A DNA stretch of 64,000 nucleotides from Bispira polyomma (Eukaryota): assembly GCA_965649765.1 (NCBI GenBank), contig OZ287749.1, positions 62,930,001 to 62,994,000 of the forward strand, in the 5' to 3' direction. The notes beneath the pieces were generated by a model. That model had not been told where the DNA came from and searched no databases. It saw only the letters and a program-made list of their open reading frames with translations. Position numbers and translations under genes: made by a program. Below are positions 25,823 to 38,075 of this stretch, one piece after another. Positions within the stretch are counted from its first letter, which is position 1, and every line of letters starts with the position of its first letter.

Positions 25823-28800
25823 GATTCTGTGGAAGTAAAAGAATTGGCCAAGGAAATTAATGAAAACCATAGAGCCTCTCTGTCATCATTGTCCTCAGAT
25901 GAATCCTCAGACTTAGAAGGTGGTTATGTCTTAATGGAGAATAAAAAGACATCTGTGTTGGAATTACTTCCCGATTGTAAAGCCGCCAATGATGACATCA
26001 AGTACAAGCATAGATTCTGTCCGAACACACGGCTGAGCACCCTTAGGAACATTGAGAAATGGATGAACAGGGACGAAGAGCAGCCTCGCTGTATGGTCAT
26101 CAAGGCAGCACCGGGTATGGGAAAGACCTCACTGTTGAAGGAAGTTTGCTCCAAGTATAGCTTACAGTTACTGGCAGACCATTTCTTCTCACACTGTAGC
26201 AACAATCTGGGCCATTCTGATCTCCATCAGGTTGTACTTTCCTTGGCACATTCTTGCACAGAGAAGCTGGATAACTATGTCGGATGCTTGCCAACTCTGG
26301 AAGAAGTAAAACAGATTGTGTACTATGGGTCCACAGAACAGGTACTGGACACGTTTATTTATAGTGCTTTGTCTTCAGAAGGCCTTGGTCATGAAGAAGA
26401 CAGGAAGATGCTGATAGTGCTGGATGCCCTAGATGATTGTAGTTTCTCTGATAGGGATGCTCTTTTCAGATTTGTAAATGAGTTTACACAGAAAGCACCA
26501 AAGTGGTTGTATCTTCTGGCAAGCATTAGGGATGAAAACCAACTTACAAGTTCTCTTACTGCTGTCTCTGTCTTAGATCTATGTGATAATGCAGAAAATA
26601 TGGCGGACATGAAGAAAATGATGAAGGAATCATTAAGCCCCTTTATGGACAGAATCAGCTTGGATGGTGGTTTAACTCAATTGGCCAAAAAGTCAAAAGG
26701 ATTAGCACTGGCTGCATCTCTGTATAATAGAATGCTCAATGGAATGGATAGACAGAAAGGAATTGCACTAAGGGAGATTGATATAAAGTTTCCAACAGGA
26801 ATGAATGGAGTTTTAAGGAAAGTTATGAAAGACTTTAAGGCACTTTTAGATAGAGAAGCTGATGCAAGCTATTTCTATAATACTTTATTAGGCATGCTAT
26901 GCTTTGCGAGGGAACCAATCCCTGTTACCTTTGCAGAGGCCATTGACATCCGAAATGCAGACCAAGTCTGGAAGGCGTTAAGTGTCATAGTGGATACTCA
27001 TGGCCAGAAGGAAGACTGCAAGTCATTGTACCACAAAAGCATAGCAGAGTGGTTGCTAAATGAAAAACTGTCAGAAGAATTTCAACTAGATGGTGTGGCA
27101 GCAAGAAATGAGATTGGAAGGTTATGTATCAACTGGTTGTCACCGATGTTAGACCAGATGCCATATGAAGATACTCCTGTGTTTAGATATGCTCTGAAAA
27201 ATTCAGTGAGTCATTTGACTGACATTCCAAAGCAACAGGAAAGCATAGGAAATATACTTTGCAGTTTGAGAGCCACTCAGATGAAGCTTGAAATGAATGG
27301 GGTCAGTATTCTCCATGTAGGAAATGAATACAACCATACTCACACACGGATTGGGGATGCCAACAAAGAAATCATCCTAAAGGATTACATGAAGAAAGTT
27401 CCAAAGCTGTCTGAACAACTGCATTTATGGTATTCATTTTTGGCAGATAATCAAATTGAACTCTTCCATTCCCCAAAGAGTGTCTACCAGTTGGCAGCTA
27501 ACTATGTTCACAGACCACGGGTACAACAGAATGCAAGGGTAGAGTTAGCAAAACAGTCTTGGTTAGAAGATATATCTACTGGTCTTGTGGGTAATGTTGA
27601 TTATAAAGTACTACCAGGTGAAGCCAGGCTAGTTGATGTATCTCCTGATGGGAAGACTATGGCAGTAGTGCTAAGTAGTAGTGAAGAAAATGTACAGTTA
27701 GTCCAATACAGTACAAGTACCTTGGAAGAAACATCAAGTGTAGACATAACAGCTCTAGAAGATCGTAAAGGACTATGTTGCAAATTCTTACCTGACAATG
27801 CAAATGTATTTGTCGGATCTCTTGTGAAGTATGTAGGTAGAAAGGGCAAGATAATTCCAAGTGATCTTGATATGAAATCACTTCAGGTCAAACAGAAGTT
27901 CAGCGTTGAATGCTGTACTGTTTCAACCAAATACTTGGCTACATCTTTATCAACATTCCCTTGGGGCGGTCGTTCTGTCCATTTAGCAGTGTTTGGCTTG
28001 AAAGAAAAAAAGGCTGTAAAAACATTAGAAGTGCTTAACTTTAGGTTTGGTGGAAGTGCAAACTTTGGCATCAGATGCTGTGCGATATCTCCTGATGAAA
28101 AACAAATCATAGCCTGTGTAAAGGACAGCAACAAGAACCAATTGAAAGTGAATGTTTGGAATATTGGCAAGTGGAACATTGCGCATACTCTTGATGTTGG
28201 TGGAGAAAATATACTGAGATGTCATTTCTTTGAATCAGAAAAAATCATTGTGGATGTAAAAATGGTCGACTCTAACATTTGTAGATCATATATCTGGCCA
28301 TGTCAAAAGTCAGGTCAGCCTAGCATTGTAGGAAGGGAAAAGGCCAGTTCTGTTAGCTGTACATTTCAGTCTAAGGTGGCTGTCGTGTCCTGGGACAACA
28401 GGAACAAAGGTCAAATAAGTGTGTGGAAGAGGGGACAGGCACATGAGGACGCAAACACGTATAAGTTCAGTGGAATGCAACTCAGTGATCAAACTGTCTT
28501 CTGTCAATCGTATGCCATTTGCCTCAGCAAGGACATCATGCAAGTATTTAACATCAGTGATTCAGAAGTCATGGATAAGGCTGTGACCGAACTAGATGAT
28601 CTGGACATTGCTGATGTTACCTTTATGCCCAGGTCAGATACCAGCATTCTGTCACATGTAGCTGCAAACGATGACGAATGTATGCTTTCAATTTTCAACT
28701 GTGATAGTAAACTAGATGACATACATGTCAGGTCAACAAAGGTACCTCAGCAGACATTGATACAGAGTGAGAGTCTGGTATATTCTAATGTGTTCCAGGG

Positions 28801-29779
28801 CATCAATAAACCTGGCAAGAAATGCTACACCTCTCATGATGGAAAATACTTGATCATGTGCTATGGTAATGGGATATCCTTGTGGAATGACCAGACAGGT
28901 AAACTTGAGACCTTGCCGTTTCCTGATGATATTGACAGTGACCAGCTGATTGATATGTGTATTCCTTCAGCCAAAGAGTCTATCCTGGGGGTAGTGTATA
29001 AACAGCACAACCACAAGGTCATACTTTTTGATTTGCGAACCAAGAAAGAACTAAGGAGAGTAGGCTTGGAAGGTGATCCATTGAAAGCTGCTGTGACTGA
29101 TATGACTTTTATTCCACACAATGGTGCTTTGATATCTTATCACCGAAACATGGAGCACAAGTTAGTGGTATGGAACCAAAGTACTGGAGCAGAGCGAAGC
29201 GCCTTGTCATGCAAGATCAATTTCTGCCGAGTGTCTTCTTCCTCAGACCGGTTTGTTCTTTGCTGCAGAAAGATGGAATCTGGTCATTTACAACTACGCA
29301 ATAGTGATGCCACGTTTTCTCAGAAATTACAGACCCCGGAGACATGGTCATTTCAAAGGTTCGACTTTGATCTGGAATTTTCTCTGGACGGGACTGTTTT
29401 GGCGGGTGTTCAGAGCCAGGGTCACATGACACGAATATGGAATGCTGGGAATGGTGACATATTGAAAGATTTTACGTTGGGTTTTATTGGATCACCTTCC
29501 ATAGTGGGTATGATCACAAATACACATATGGCCATCTATGATGGAAGGATCCTGGTTATAGATATTGCCTCTGCTGAACTATTGAGTGTCACCCCCCTAC
29601 CACAGCCAGGCCATGGACGTCACTCAATTGCTCAGCTCTCGGTGTCTCCAAGGGGTAATATTATTGCTGCGCTCTACAGTGATGGTGCTATGATCATGCT
29701 GAAGTGTCACAACTTTAGCTCCGTAAGGATGACCACTACTCTGCAACGAATGAAATCATTCTCAGGGCTACACAACTAA
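25823..29779 (+). CDS. Gene 1 terminal exon: NACHT NTPase, helical/winged-helix region and WD40 beta-propeller repeats
   Basis: 1318 open codons. Pre-NACHT motif FCPNTR..L..IEKW, Walker A AAPGMGKT, Walker B MLIVLDALDDC, sensor-like LASIR, KSKGLAL, winged-helix LYHKSIAEWL, YALKN..SHL. WD40-like blades follow (VSPDGKTMAV, CAISPDEKQII...VNVWN, ISLWN, VILFDL, LVVWN, FSLDGTVLA...TRIWN, VSPRGNIIA). Acceptor gctttAG|GAT. Confidence 0.93.
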   Translation, partial: DSVEVKELAKEINENHRASLSSLSSDESSDLEGGYVLMENKKTSVLELLPDCKAANDDIKYKHRFCPNTRLSTLRNIEKWMNRDEEQPRCMVIKAAPGMGKTSLLKEVCSKYSLQLLADHFFSHCSNNLGHSDLHQVVLSLAHSCTEKLDNYVGCLPTLEEVKQIVYYGSTEQVLDTFIYSALSSEGLGHEEDRKMLIVLDALDDCSFSDRDALFRFVNEFTQKAPKWLYLLASIRDENQLTSSLTAVSVLDLCDNAENMADMKKMMKESLSPFMDRISLDGGLTQLAKKSKGLALAASLYNRMLNGMDRQKGIALREIDIKFPTGMNGVLRKVMKDFKALLDREADASYFYNTLLGMLCFAREPIPVTFAEAIDIRNADQVWKALSVIVDTHGQKEDCKSLYHKSIAEWLLNEKLSEEFQLDGVAARNEIGRLCINWLSPMLDQMPYEDTPVFRYALKNSVSHLTDIPKQQESIGNILCSLRATQMKLEMNGVSILHVGNEYNHTHTRIGDANKEIILKDYMKKVPKLSEQLHLWYSFLADNQIELFHSPKSVYQLAANYVHRPRVQQNARVELAKQSWLEDISTGLVGNVDYKVLPGEARLVDVSPDGKTMAVVLSSSEENVQLVQYSTSTLEETSSVDITALEDRKGLCCKFLPDNANVFVGSLVKYVGRKGKIIPSDLDMKSLQVKQKFSVECCTVSTKYLATSLSTFPWGGRSVHLAVFGLKEKKAVKTLEVLNFRFGGSANFGIRCCAISPDEKQIIACVKDSNKNQLKVNVWNIGKWNIAHTLDVGGENILRCHFFESEKIIVDVKMVDSNICRSYIWPCQKSGQPSIVGREKASSVSCTFQSKVAVVSWDNRNKGQISVWKRGQAHEDANTYKFSGMQLSDQTVFCQSYAICLSKDIMQVFNISDSEVMDKAVTELDDLDIADVTFMPRSDTSILSHVAANDDECMLSIFNCDSKLDDIHVRSTKVPQQTLIQSESLVYSNVFQGINKPGKKCYTSHDGKYLIMCYGNGISLWNDQTGKLETLPFPDDIDSDQLIDMCIPSAKESILGVVYKQHNHKVILFDLRTKKELRRVGLEGDPLKAAVTDMTFIPHNGALISYHRNMEHKLVVWNQSTGAERSALSCKINFCRVSSSSDRFVLCCRKMESGHLQLRNSDATFSQKLQTPETWSFQRFDFDLEFSLDGTVLAGVQSQGHMTRIWNAGNGDILKDFTLGFIGSPSIVGMITNTHMAIYDGRILVIDIASAELLSVTPLPQPGHGRHSIAQLSVSPRGNIIAALYSDGAMIMLKCHNFSSVRMTTTLQRMKSFSGLHN

Positions 29780-30417
29780 AGCACGCAGTGAATTCCAATA
29801 TTTATGTAACACAATTGATTTATTTAGTAGTTTAACAGTTTATAGTGGAACATGCAAGTTTACTGCAATTATGTACTGAGATAGCAATACACACATGTAG
29901 TTTTTACTCTAAAAAGCAATAACTTTGGCAGGACAAAGAAATATTTATAGTAGGTACTTACTTGGACATTTATCAAATTGAATTTGTTTGAGGGACAGGT
30001 ATTTTCAGGTGTCTTTACTTTTGTTTATGTAAAGTAAGCTTTTTATTATGGTGTCTTTTGATGAAAATTCTGTGTTAATATAACGTTTTCTTTGACATGA
30101 CTTGGCACAAGACTTCAGAATTGTGACTTGTATACTATTGCTTAACAAAACCTTAACTTCATGTAAGTAAGGCATATTCATACACAGGTACTTCAAACTC
30201 ATGGACCAGTCATTTCTATTTGCTCTGTGCTTTATCAGTATGTCAACATGTGAGGAAAGAAATAAATCAACTGAGGATGTATATTTTTCTTACATTCAAG
30301 ATAAAAGGAATAAACAAGTTTTCCTTAGCTTTCCCTAGATTGAGAATTAGCTGAGCTTGGAGTGTATAATATCAGTGAATTATTTACTCCAAATCCTAGA
30401 GAAATAGATACTGGTAA

Positions 30418-30724
30418 GTGTATGTACACATGTATGCGGCTTGCGAAGTGCAATTTATGGCCCCCCTCCGACGCCCCCCTCTCCCCCCACGCCGCCCCCC
30501 CTCCCCTTACTATTGAATTATCACCTTAAACAGTGCGATTTTATACTCTCATCCGATTTTATCGGTCCTGGAGCAAAAAGTTCGCATTCGGAAGCCGCAG
30601 ATCGTGCCTCGCAATTCGCAGTCTGACACATGTGAACAAATAAATAAAAAATATGAGGAGAGAAAAAATCGCAGTCGCAAATCGGATGTCTGACGTCGGG
30701 AGCCGCATACATGTGTACATACAC
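30418..30724. mobile_element. PIF/Harbinger-type MITE downstream of the gene 1 stop codon
   Basis: 24-bp perfect TIR GTGTATGTACACATGTATGCGGCT; TAA direct repeat on both flanks. Confidence 0.85.
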
Positions 30725-32849
30725 TAACTTGTGATAGCTACAGAATAATAAACAAGTAACCTGTTTTACTCACAGAAGGGAAAACATTTGATAGATTTAT
30801 ATTTTTTAATTCTGAACAAGTGGAAAAAAGATCGACATCAGGAGGAGGTTGTATGCAGTGTGCTTGACCTCGAGATCTCAGTACACATGTTACTTTTTGT
30901 AGAGTCACTTAATATATAAATGAGTGTTTGGGAAACAGACTTGAGTGCTTGTGAAAAATGTTACATTTTGTACAAATAGACAAATTTTGTTTACTTGATC
31001 TACACTTAGGCAGTAAGTTTATTTATTGTGCTTCATGAATATTAAATCTATTAACATTTTTAGCATATAAGTAAAGAATTTTTTTTTCAGATTTAAATAT
31101 GACCGACTAGAACTATTACTATCCATAGAATTACATGCAAATAAAGCAAGACTTAGAATCATGAGTTCATAATTTGAATATTTTTGATAATAGAGGTGAT
31201 GTTATTGACAATGGTGGTACTGGCTGCTTCAACAAGTTCTGTATTGTGTAGATGGCAACTGTTTTAGTAGAATGTCTATTGTCCATACATGGCCGAAGAG
31301 TGAGATTTTCTTTGGATAATACAATGTTTGTAATACTGTAAGAGATATTTTAGTATGAAACAATGACAAAATGTAAAGTTAGCATAATACAGGTTCTATT
31401 GTATTCATGAATTTATTTCCACTCTCACAAATATATATTTTGGTATGGCTTTATACTAAAAGTGTCTGTCCTATTTTATAATCCTCTATGTTACCTGATC
31501 AAAATCTTGTTATTTAGAAAGTAGAGTTCTGTGTGTATGCTCATGTCCACAAATTACTCACTGTATTACTGGTTTTGTAAAGGTTACACTTGATTTTTCC
31601 AGCATTTTCAAATAAGCTTATCAGTAAAGTAGCTCGGTTAGGAGTAGTTAGGTTTGTACATACCATTGGTGGTTAATTGTGGGTCGATATTTGTTAAAAA
31701 GATGGCTGCCAGAGAATGTTGTAATGTCTGTTCATGTAAATAAAAGTGTTGAAATGTGAAATAACACTCACTAACATCCTCTTCTAATAGCCAAATGGCT
31801 GCTAATTTAAAATTATGTCAAGATCCAGACACATACACTAAAGGTGTTAATATAGTTTTTAGGATTGTTGTTTGTTTGAAATTCAACAGGTGAATCCTAT
31901 TCTGTTGTTTTAGAAATGCTGCTTTCTCTAGTTACTATAAGTTTATACACTGATATCATATGATTACATGATTTCAGTAAAATATTAATACAACACGGAT
32001 AACTGACAGGTAGTTGAGTAAAACATTTGATTTTTAACCAATACTTTATGTTAACTAATATGGTACTTATATTTGACAGTAACATATTCAACTATTAATT
32101 TAAGTAATCTAATCCAACCCATTACATGTCATGATCTAAATTACGGCAATATTAATCCAAACGCATTGGTAAATGGCTTTAACTTTATGTAAGCCTTAAA
32201 TGATTTAAAATTTTCTAATTCTTTCACATTTATATTTCATACATGTACAATTGTACATACAACTTTTATGTACATGCAATTACTAATAGCTGGTAATCAT
32301 GCGTAAATTTACATCTAAGCATAATATAATTCTATATATAATATCCTAGAAGTAGCTTACAACTTCTTATAATTCAGCAATAACTGTACAAAATGTTAGC
32401 TCATTATTTGGTGTTTAAATCCTGCTATTAACTGAATATATTACTAATTCACTATGCACAAGACCATAATTTAATATATTTTTGTTGGTGTCAACTGAGT
32501 GCAGTAAATTCATAGTATGCATATTGAAGAGGTAAAATATGAATTGTTTTTAATTCACAGTTTTATATTTTTGTGTATCCTGTTTATAAATACTGTAGTC
32601 AAATCATGTTAATTATATATTTATAGCATAAATAATTGTTAAAGATAGGTGTGAACTTTAAGGTTATACTTTAAGCAATAAAATGTGCTTTCTAACATAT
32701 CTGCTTTTTCTTTTGCTTTATATGTATAATACTTCAATACATGGACACATATATCATTATTAACACACACAAAAGATTGTGTGACTCTTACAACATGTGA
32801 TTAGTCCATCAAACAGTGATGTCATATTCTGTTGTAGATCTTCTACACA

Positions 32850-33065
32850 ACTTATGCGTGTCGGCCATATTCGGCCAAAGAAACTTTTTTTTACCTGTGT
32901 TAAACCTACCAAGAGAGATGGATCTAGAACTTTCTCCATTGCTGCCTCTATATTATGGAATATTCTCCCTGTTGAGCTTAGATCACTTGATTAAATGAAA
33001 CACTTTCTGGTTTTAGGAAAAAGCTTAAAACCTATCTTCAAACTCGCTTACCCCTCTTAGGTACC
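32850..33065 (+). mobile_element. L2-type LINE 3' remnant
   Basis: RTFSIAASILWNILPVELRS and TTTAGGAAAAAGCTTAAAACCTATCT. Confidence 0.7.
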
Positions 33066-33149
33066 TCCCTGTACACCCCCCACATTATGGTGTCACCAGT
33101 AGAGCTGGGGACCTAGACCAACTCCTGAACCACTAGGCCATAGGAGCTT

Positions 33150-33960
33150 TATAGTGTACCCAAAAACAAGTTACCCCACAACTTTCATAGAAGTGTTCAA
33201 TATTGATTTTGGATGTTCCATCACTTTTTAAAAATTTTATACAAAATTATCCAATATTTAAATAGTGACAAAATGTGTCATTTTGTGATATATATCAATA
33301 TCTATTTGTGTACTATTGAAAACAGGACAATAATTATAGACTGCTGTTCTGTATACACAACGACCTCTACATAACCGTTTAAACTGAGTACAAGTTTGAT
33401 CTTGTACAATTTAAAACCATAACAGTGTGGTTTACAATGGTTTAATACAAAACTAAACTTTAATGAAATATTGCAAACTCAAAAAATCTTTGAGTTTAAA
33501 AGTTATACTGGAGTGTTTCGGCGTATATATCTCCTCCATCTGGTATTCAAAGTGCTCATTAACCCTATACTGACTGCAACAGTCGACTGCCTCAGTTACT
33601 GTCATTCCACTAACTGAAGAGAGAAGTTGGAGGGTGACCATTTATCAACGCCCTTAAGAATCTTTAACCTGCCACTGGGAAAAAGTTGCAGTGACAGAAG
33701 ACTGCCATTTTGATTGGTCATCGGAACCACTAAGCAAATATGTGTACACATCTTTACCAAGGATGTTATTCCACCAATGAAACCAGCGGCCGGTACTGGT
33801 AGTGGAACACAGGGCCTTCTGATCATTAGACCAACTCCCTAAGCAATAGACCACGGGGGACCATGTTCCAATCTGCTTCACATTTATGTTTAAAGTTTTG
33901 CAGAGAATTATTTTTATCTCTCCCAGTTCATAAAATCTGACAATTTCCCTAGCCAAATCG
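33150..33960 (-). mobile_element. Possible decayed Tc1-like transposon, apparently interrupted by a SINE-like remnant
   Basis: Minus-strand fragments AREIVRFYELG...CKTLNIN (HTH-like), SGRLKIL..DK and HFEY; AGTGTACCCAAAA terminus at ~33152. The other TIR was not found. Confidence 0.35.
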
Positions 33961-36044
33961 TCTAAAAATAGCTTTGATTTTTCATTTAGGTATTATATAA
34001 AATTATATCAAAGAAGAACATTTGTTTTAAAAATAAAAATAGTAATAATATGATTTTAACAGGTAAGATGCTTTTGAAATGACCCTTGATGGTTAGCCAT
34101 TTCAAAAACATCATCTAATAAAAATCATATTCCGGTGTATTAATAACGATTCCTTGTCTTGCTCTGAAGAAGTGCATGAAATATACTTAAATGCTTTGAA
34201 ATATAAATAAATTACATTGCGTTTATAGAATCAAAGTTTTAGAAAAGAATCAAAAATCTCTTAAAAAGAGACTCCATATTTGATCCTCTTTGACAACTCT
34301 AGGTTTTATTATTTTCCGATGTTGGCTTTTGTAGATAGATCAGTTGGAATGCAAGTCTATTTTTGAGAAATAATTATCAAAACAGTATAATGGATACTTT
34401 CTGTATGTTTGCTTCCCATTTACATCAGGTTTGACACGCACATTTAAGTTTATATTTTGATAGCCTTAGATATTCAACAGCAATGCATTCTTCTATAATT
34501 GATCCTACAAATCTGTAAAATAATGCATGCCATCACATAAATCAATATGCTGGTGGGTGTTCTAAAATAGATTTACCATTCAGATGTAAAGCTATTTCTG
34601 GGATTTGATGAATATAAGTCCATATTCAGCCAGTTTCATAAAAAATAGTATTACTGGTCAAGTATAGTGATACATATATTATGTTCTAACAAACCCTTGA
34701 TATTACCATAGCGGTGTCATAGTTTAAAATAAAATTTAATACTATGATCTTGTATTCTGTTATGCTTCACTTTAAGGTTGGTTTCTCACATGTGTAAATA
34801 TAGAGTTTGTTTCAAACGTCAAAGTTATTTGATAAGATCTAGCTGTCACCTCTCCACAATTGGCTCTGAATAGCTATTACATTTAATGACTGTCACATTA
34901 TCAGACAAAATATCTCTAATGTGTTTTTTTTCTGTCTACAGTATATACCTGTAAACTATTTGGCTGGTGTCTCAATATATGCTGTAAAATATGATATATT
35001 ACCCGATATTAATTTTGCCTCAGCAAACACACACATTATAGGTTCTAGCATTGCTGCAACCAACTTTTACTTTTTTAACAAGTTCAAATTGAGTTTCAAT
35101 GCAACATAAACAAACATGTTTGTACTTGCTTTAGCTAAATTTTTACTTAATAAAAAAATTTTCTATATAATGTTGATAACTTGTAACAAGGTTAAGAGCT
35201 TCTTTGATTTAAAAGTCCTATAAAATCTTCAAACAAAACGATTTTTCATTTCTTGTTGGTAATTTAATACAGCCATATACATGTATTTTTTATTTTGCTT
35301 TGTCACAAATAAATATATATCTCTTTACAACCCTGTGTATCTGTTGTCTTTAGTATATACAGAGAAAACCATATAGAGGCATTTGACTAAACTGATTCTA
35401 GTTGTAGACAGTCTAGTGTTTTGGGATAGTTAACTATAGCACAATTTGGAAATGTTTAGCAGTGTACTATATGAAGTGCCTTTCCACTTGACCTTGAAAC
35501 AACCTTTTTGTTTTGACCAATAATTCATACATTTGATACCACAGGTTTTCGTATTGTTTATATATTCCTTGTCCAACTATATTTTTTACTGCATAGCCAA
35601 TGTTACAGGTGGGAATGACTTTGATCTTGGAGTAATGACATTCCCCTACAAAACTTTTATAGTCTTTATCTACGTAATTATATGTCATAAGAAATTTATA
35701 TTTTGTTTAAATATTTATTTGTGACTATATGCAGGATCCCATTCTGATCTAATTTTAACCTTTGACCTCAGAGTTTTGACCTTGACTAGAAAAATATTTC
35801 CACACTATATCTCAAATGCTGCATATCATAGAAAGTTAATATTTGTTATAAATATTGACCAGGAGGTTAAACATGTAACATCCGGGTCTATGATGACCTA
35901 TGATGTTGCAATATAGTTAGGTAGCCAAATGCCACATTGAGGGGGTGTACCAGGCACTGACGAATATAGTTTCACACAAGATCCAAAATGGCCAGTATCT
36001 TCGTTCATTATTTGTAGTGTGGCATTTACAAGCATGCCTTTTAA

Positions 36045-36924
36045 GGCTTTAGTAACGTAAACACAAAAAAACTATCACCGCTAAACCACGTTATGTGTGC
36101 TTGAGCTTCTCAGAAACTGCACAACCTTTACTTTGTAGCCTTAAACTCGATTTATGGATAACATATTTACATTTTCATAAGTAGAAATAATAAAGAATGA
36201 AATATATTTTAATAATATACTAATTCATATATTTTATATATCATTTTAATAGGTATCTTGAGACATACAATGAATATAGCAGTGTGTAAAATTGTAACTA
36301 AAATGGGTAATATTTTCAAAGTACATGCTTCACAAACGTGACACAATTCATATAGCAAGAAGGGATCAATACTAAAGTATTGCACATGAATAGAAAAAGA
36401 AAAACATTAGCATTATTTTGAATGAATTTGTTTTTCAAAATAAGCACAAAAACGGGGATAATTTTAGAAAAACATTTAGGTTACACACTTCCAAACAGAA
36501 AGATGTTTTGTATTCTTTGTTTTTATAAAATAGGGAAACATATTGAAAAATGTAAATCACTAGAAATAATATAGATGTTTTATAAAGTTGTGTAGCATAT
36601 ATCTTGTAATGATATATGCTGGATCAATACTCGTATTATGTCACAATAGAAAGGGCTCTCTGCGAGACTTGTCTACAAATATGACGTTCTACATAGATTT
36701 TCAAATTGTGTGACGTCACAACACAAGGATTGTTATATGGGTGTTTTTATAATTTTGTAGCATATTATTAACCTTTTAAATTGTCTGGACACATAAAAAT
36801 GGTTAAAACCCTGACTAAAGTGTACTTTTAATGTCCTCATAGTTGATATACAGAGTAGGAATGGCTCTCGTAAAAATAGCATGCTTTATTTACGGCCCGT
36901 TTATGTGTTTACGTTACTAAAACC
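36045..36924. mobile_element. Non-autonomous DNA transposon with TTAA TSD (Kolobok-like termini)
   Basis: TTAA|GGCTTTAGTAACGTAAACACA ... TGTGTTTACGTTACTAAAACC|TTAA; the TIR starts GG, not the CC of piggyBac. Confidence 0.75.
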
Positions 36925-37669
36925 TTAAAATTTAGAGTTAAATATACAAAATAAATATGGCTGTCATTTATACATGTAATCATACATAATCTTCGTTCAG
37001 CTCCAATGGGACGAAAGCCTAAATTATATTTAATTAAGTAAATTGACTGATTCTCTTTTTTATTTAACTAATTCTTTGTGTTCAACATTGCAATGTATAC
37101 TATATCTTACTCATCTGTTCATCTGTGCCTTGGCCGAAAAATAGTCTGTGTCAGTAATACAAAGATGATTTAAGGACATACCGATTTTTCACACCGTTTA
37201 TATCTTGTTATCACAAAGCAATGTCATTTGCATGACGTAATTATATCATTATAAACTCATTTTAAAAAGATATAAATATTATACAATAATGATAATTCTT
37301 GCAATCAAGATCATCACATGTATAACAGGTTATCATGTTAACTATAACAAGATCGTGTTGTCGAAAGAAGATGATTAAGTTTTGAGATCGAAGTTATCTT
37401 GTTAGAACAACATTGTCTCCTTATACCAGGATTAATTTGTAAGAATCAGATGATCCTGTTGTATTTTTACAATGAAATTATCTCGTTGGAACAAAATAAG
37501 TTATGAGGTCAAGAATGAAATGATCTTGTTGTAATATTGTAATGTTATAATTTAAAAATCTCTGTGTCCTTAAAAGGGGCTCTCCACTGTTACTACTCAC
37601 TGGAGCCTAAGACCATTCACTCATTTATTGTTCGACTATTTCACCCCATGGCTCTGGCATTTTGTAGCT

Positions 37670-38075
37670 CACACACAACACCTCTGCTTCAAAAATTGCA
37701 TTCACCACCTATTGAGGTCTGTATCAAATTTAAAGTAATTGTCCTCATTTTTAAGACAGTTCATATGCAGCAGCATGTCTACTTATCACTTTTAGTTTCT
37801 AACCCCAAAAAACTGGCTGGTTCAAAATCATTTAAAGTTGTAGCACCTGCTGATTGAAATAGTCTCCATACTAGTCGTTGCAATAAGACAAGTGTGACAG
37901 GCTTCAGGAAAAAGCTTAAAACACATTTGTATCAACTTTGTTTTTTTCTGCCTTAACTCTTGCCTCCTGATCATGAACAATTTTTCCTATCAGACTATTC
38001 TTTTGCTCACTAATTTAGATAGGTGCCACAGAGAATGCCTGGCCATCGATTGCGGCACTAAGGAAGTAAAAACAT
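37670..38075 (+). mobile_element. L2-type LINE 3' remnant
   Basis: TPLLQKLHSPPIEVCIKFK and TTCAGGAAAAAGCTTAAAACACATTTG. Confidence 0.65.

Larger units (their letters stand above)
11269..29779 (+). other. Gene 1 model: 5 coding exons, ~1825-aa N-acylated, Pro-rich-tail NACHT-WD40 (STAND/NWD-like) protein
   Basis: Exons 11269-11493 (225 nt, phase 0), 18452-18610 (159 nt, phase 0), 19350-20430 (1081 nt, phase 1), 25351-25406 (56 nt, phase 0) and 25823-29779 join into one open frame. All acceptors are pyrimidine tract+AG. Donors are GCAAGT, GTAAAT, GTACGT and GTAAGT. Confidence 0.8.

Noticed and set aside
25823-29779. Naming the gene Apaf-1, NWD1/2, TEP1 or HET-E, or calling it a horizontal transfer or contaminant
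   Set aside because: The motifs are NACHT-type rather than NB-ARC, no CARD, TROVE or HET domain is visible, and orthology cannot be set by eye. The exon is spliced to host-like exons and has host-like base composition.
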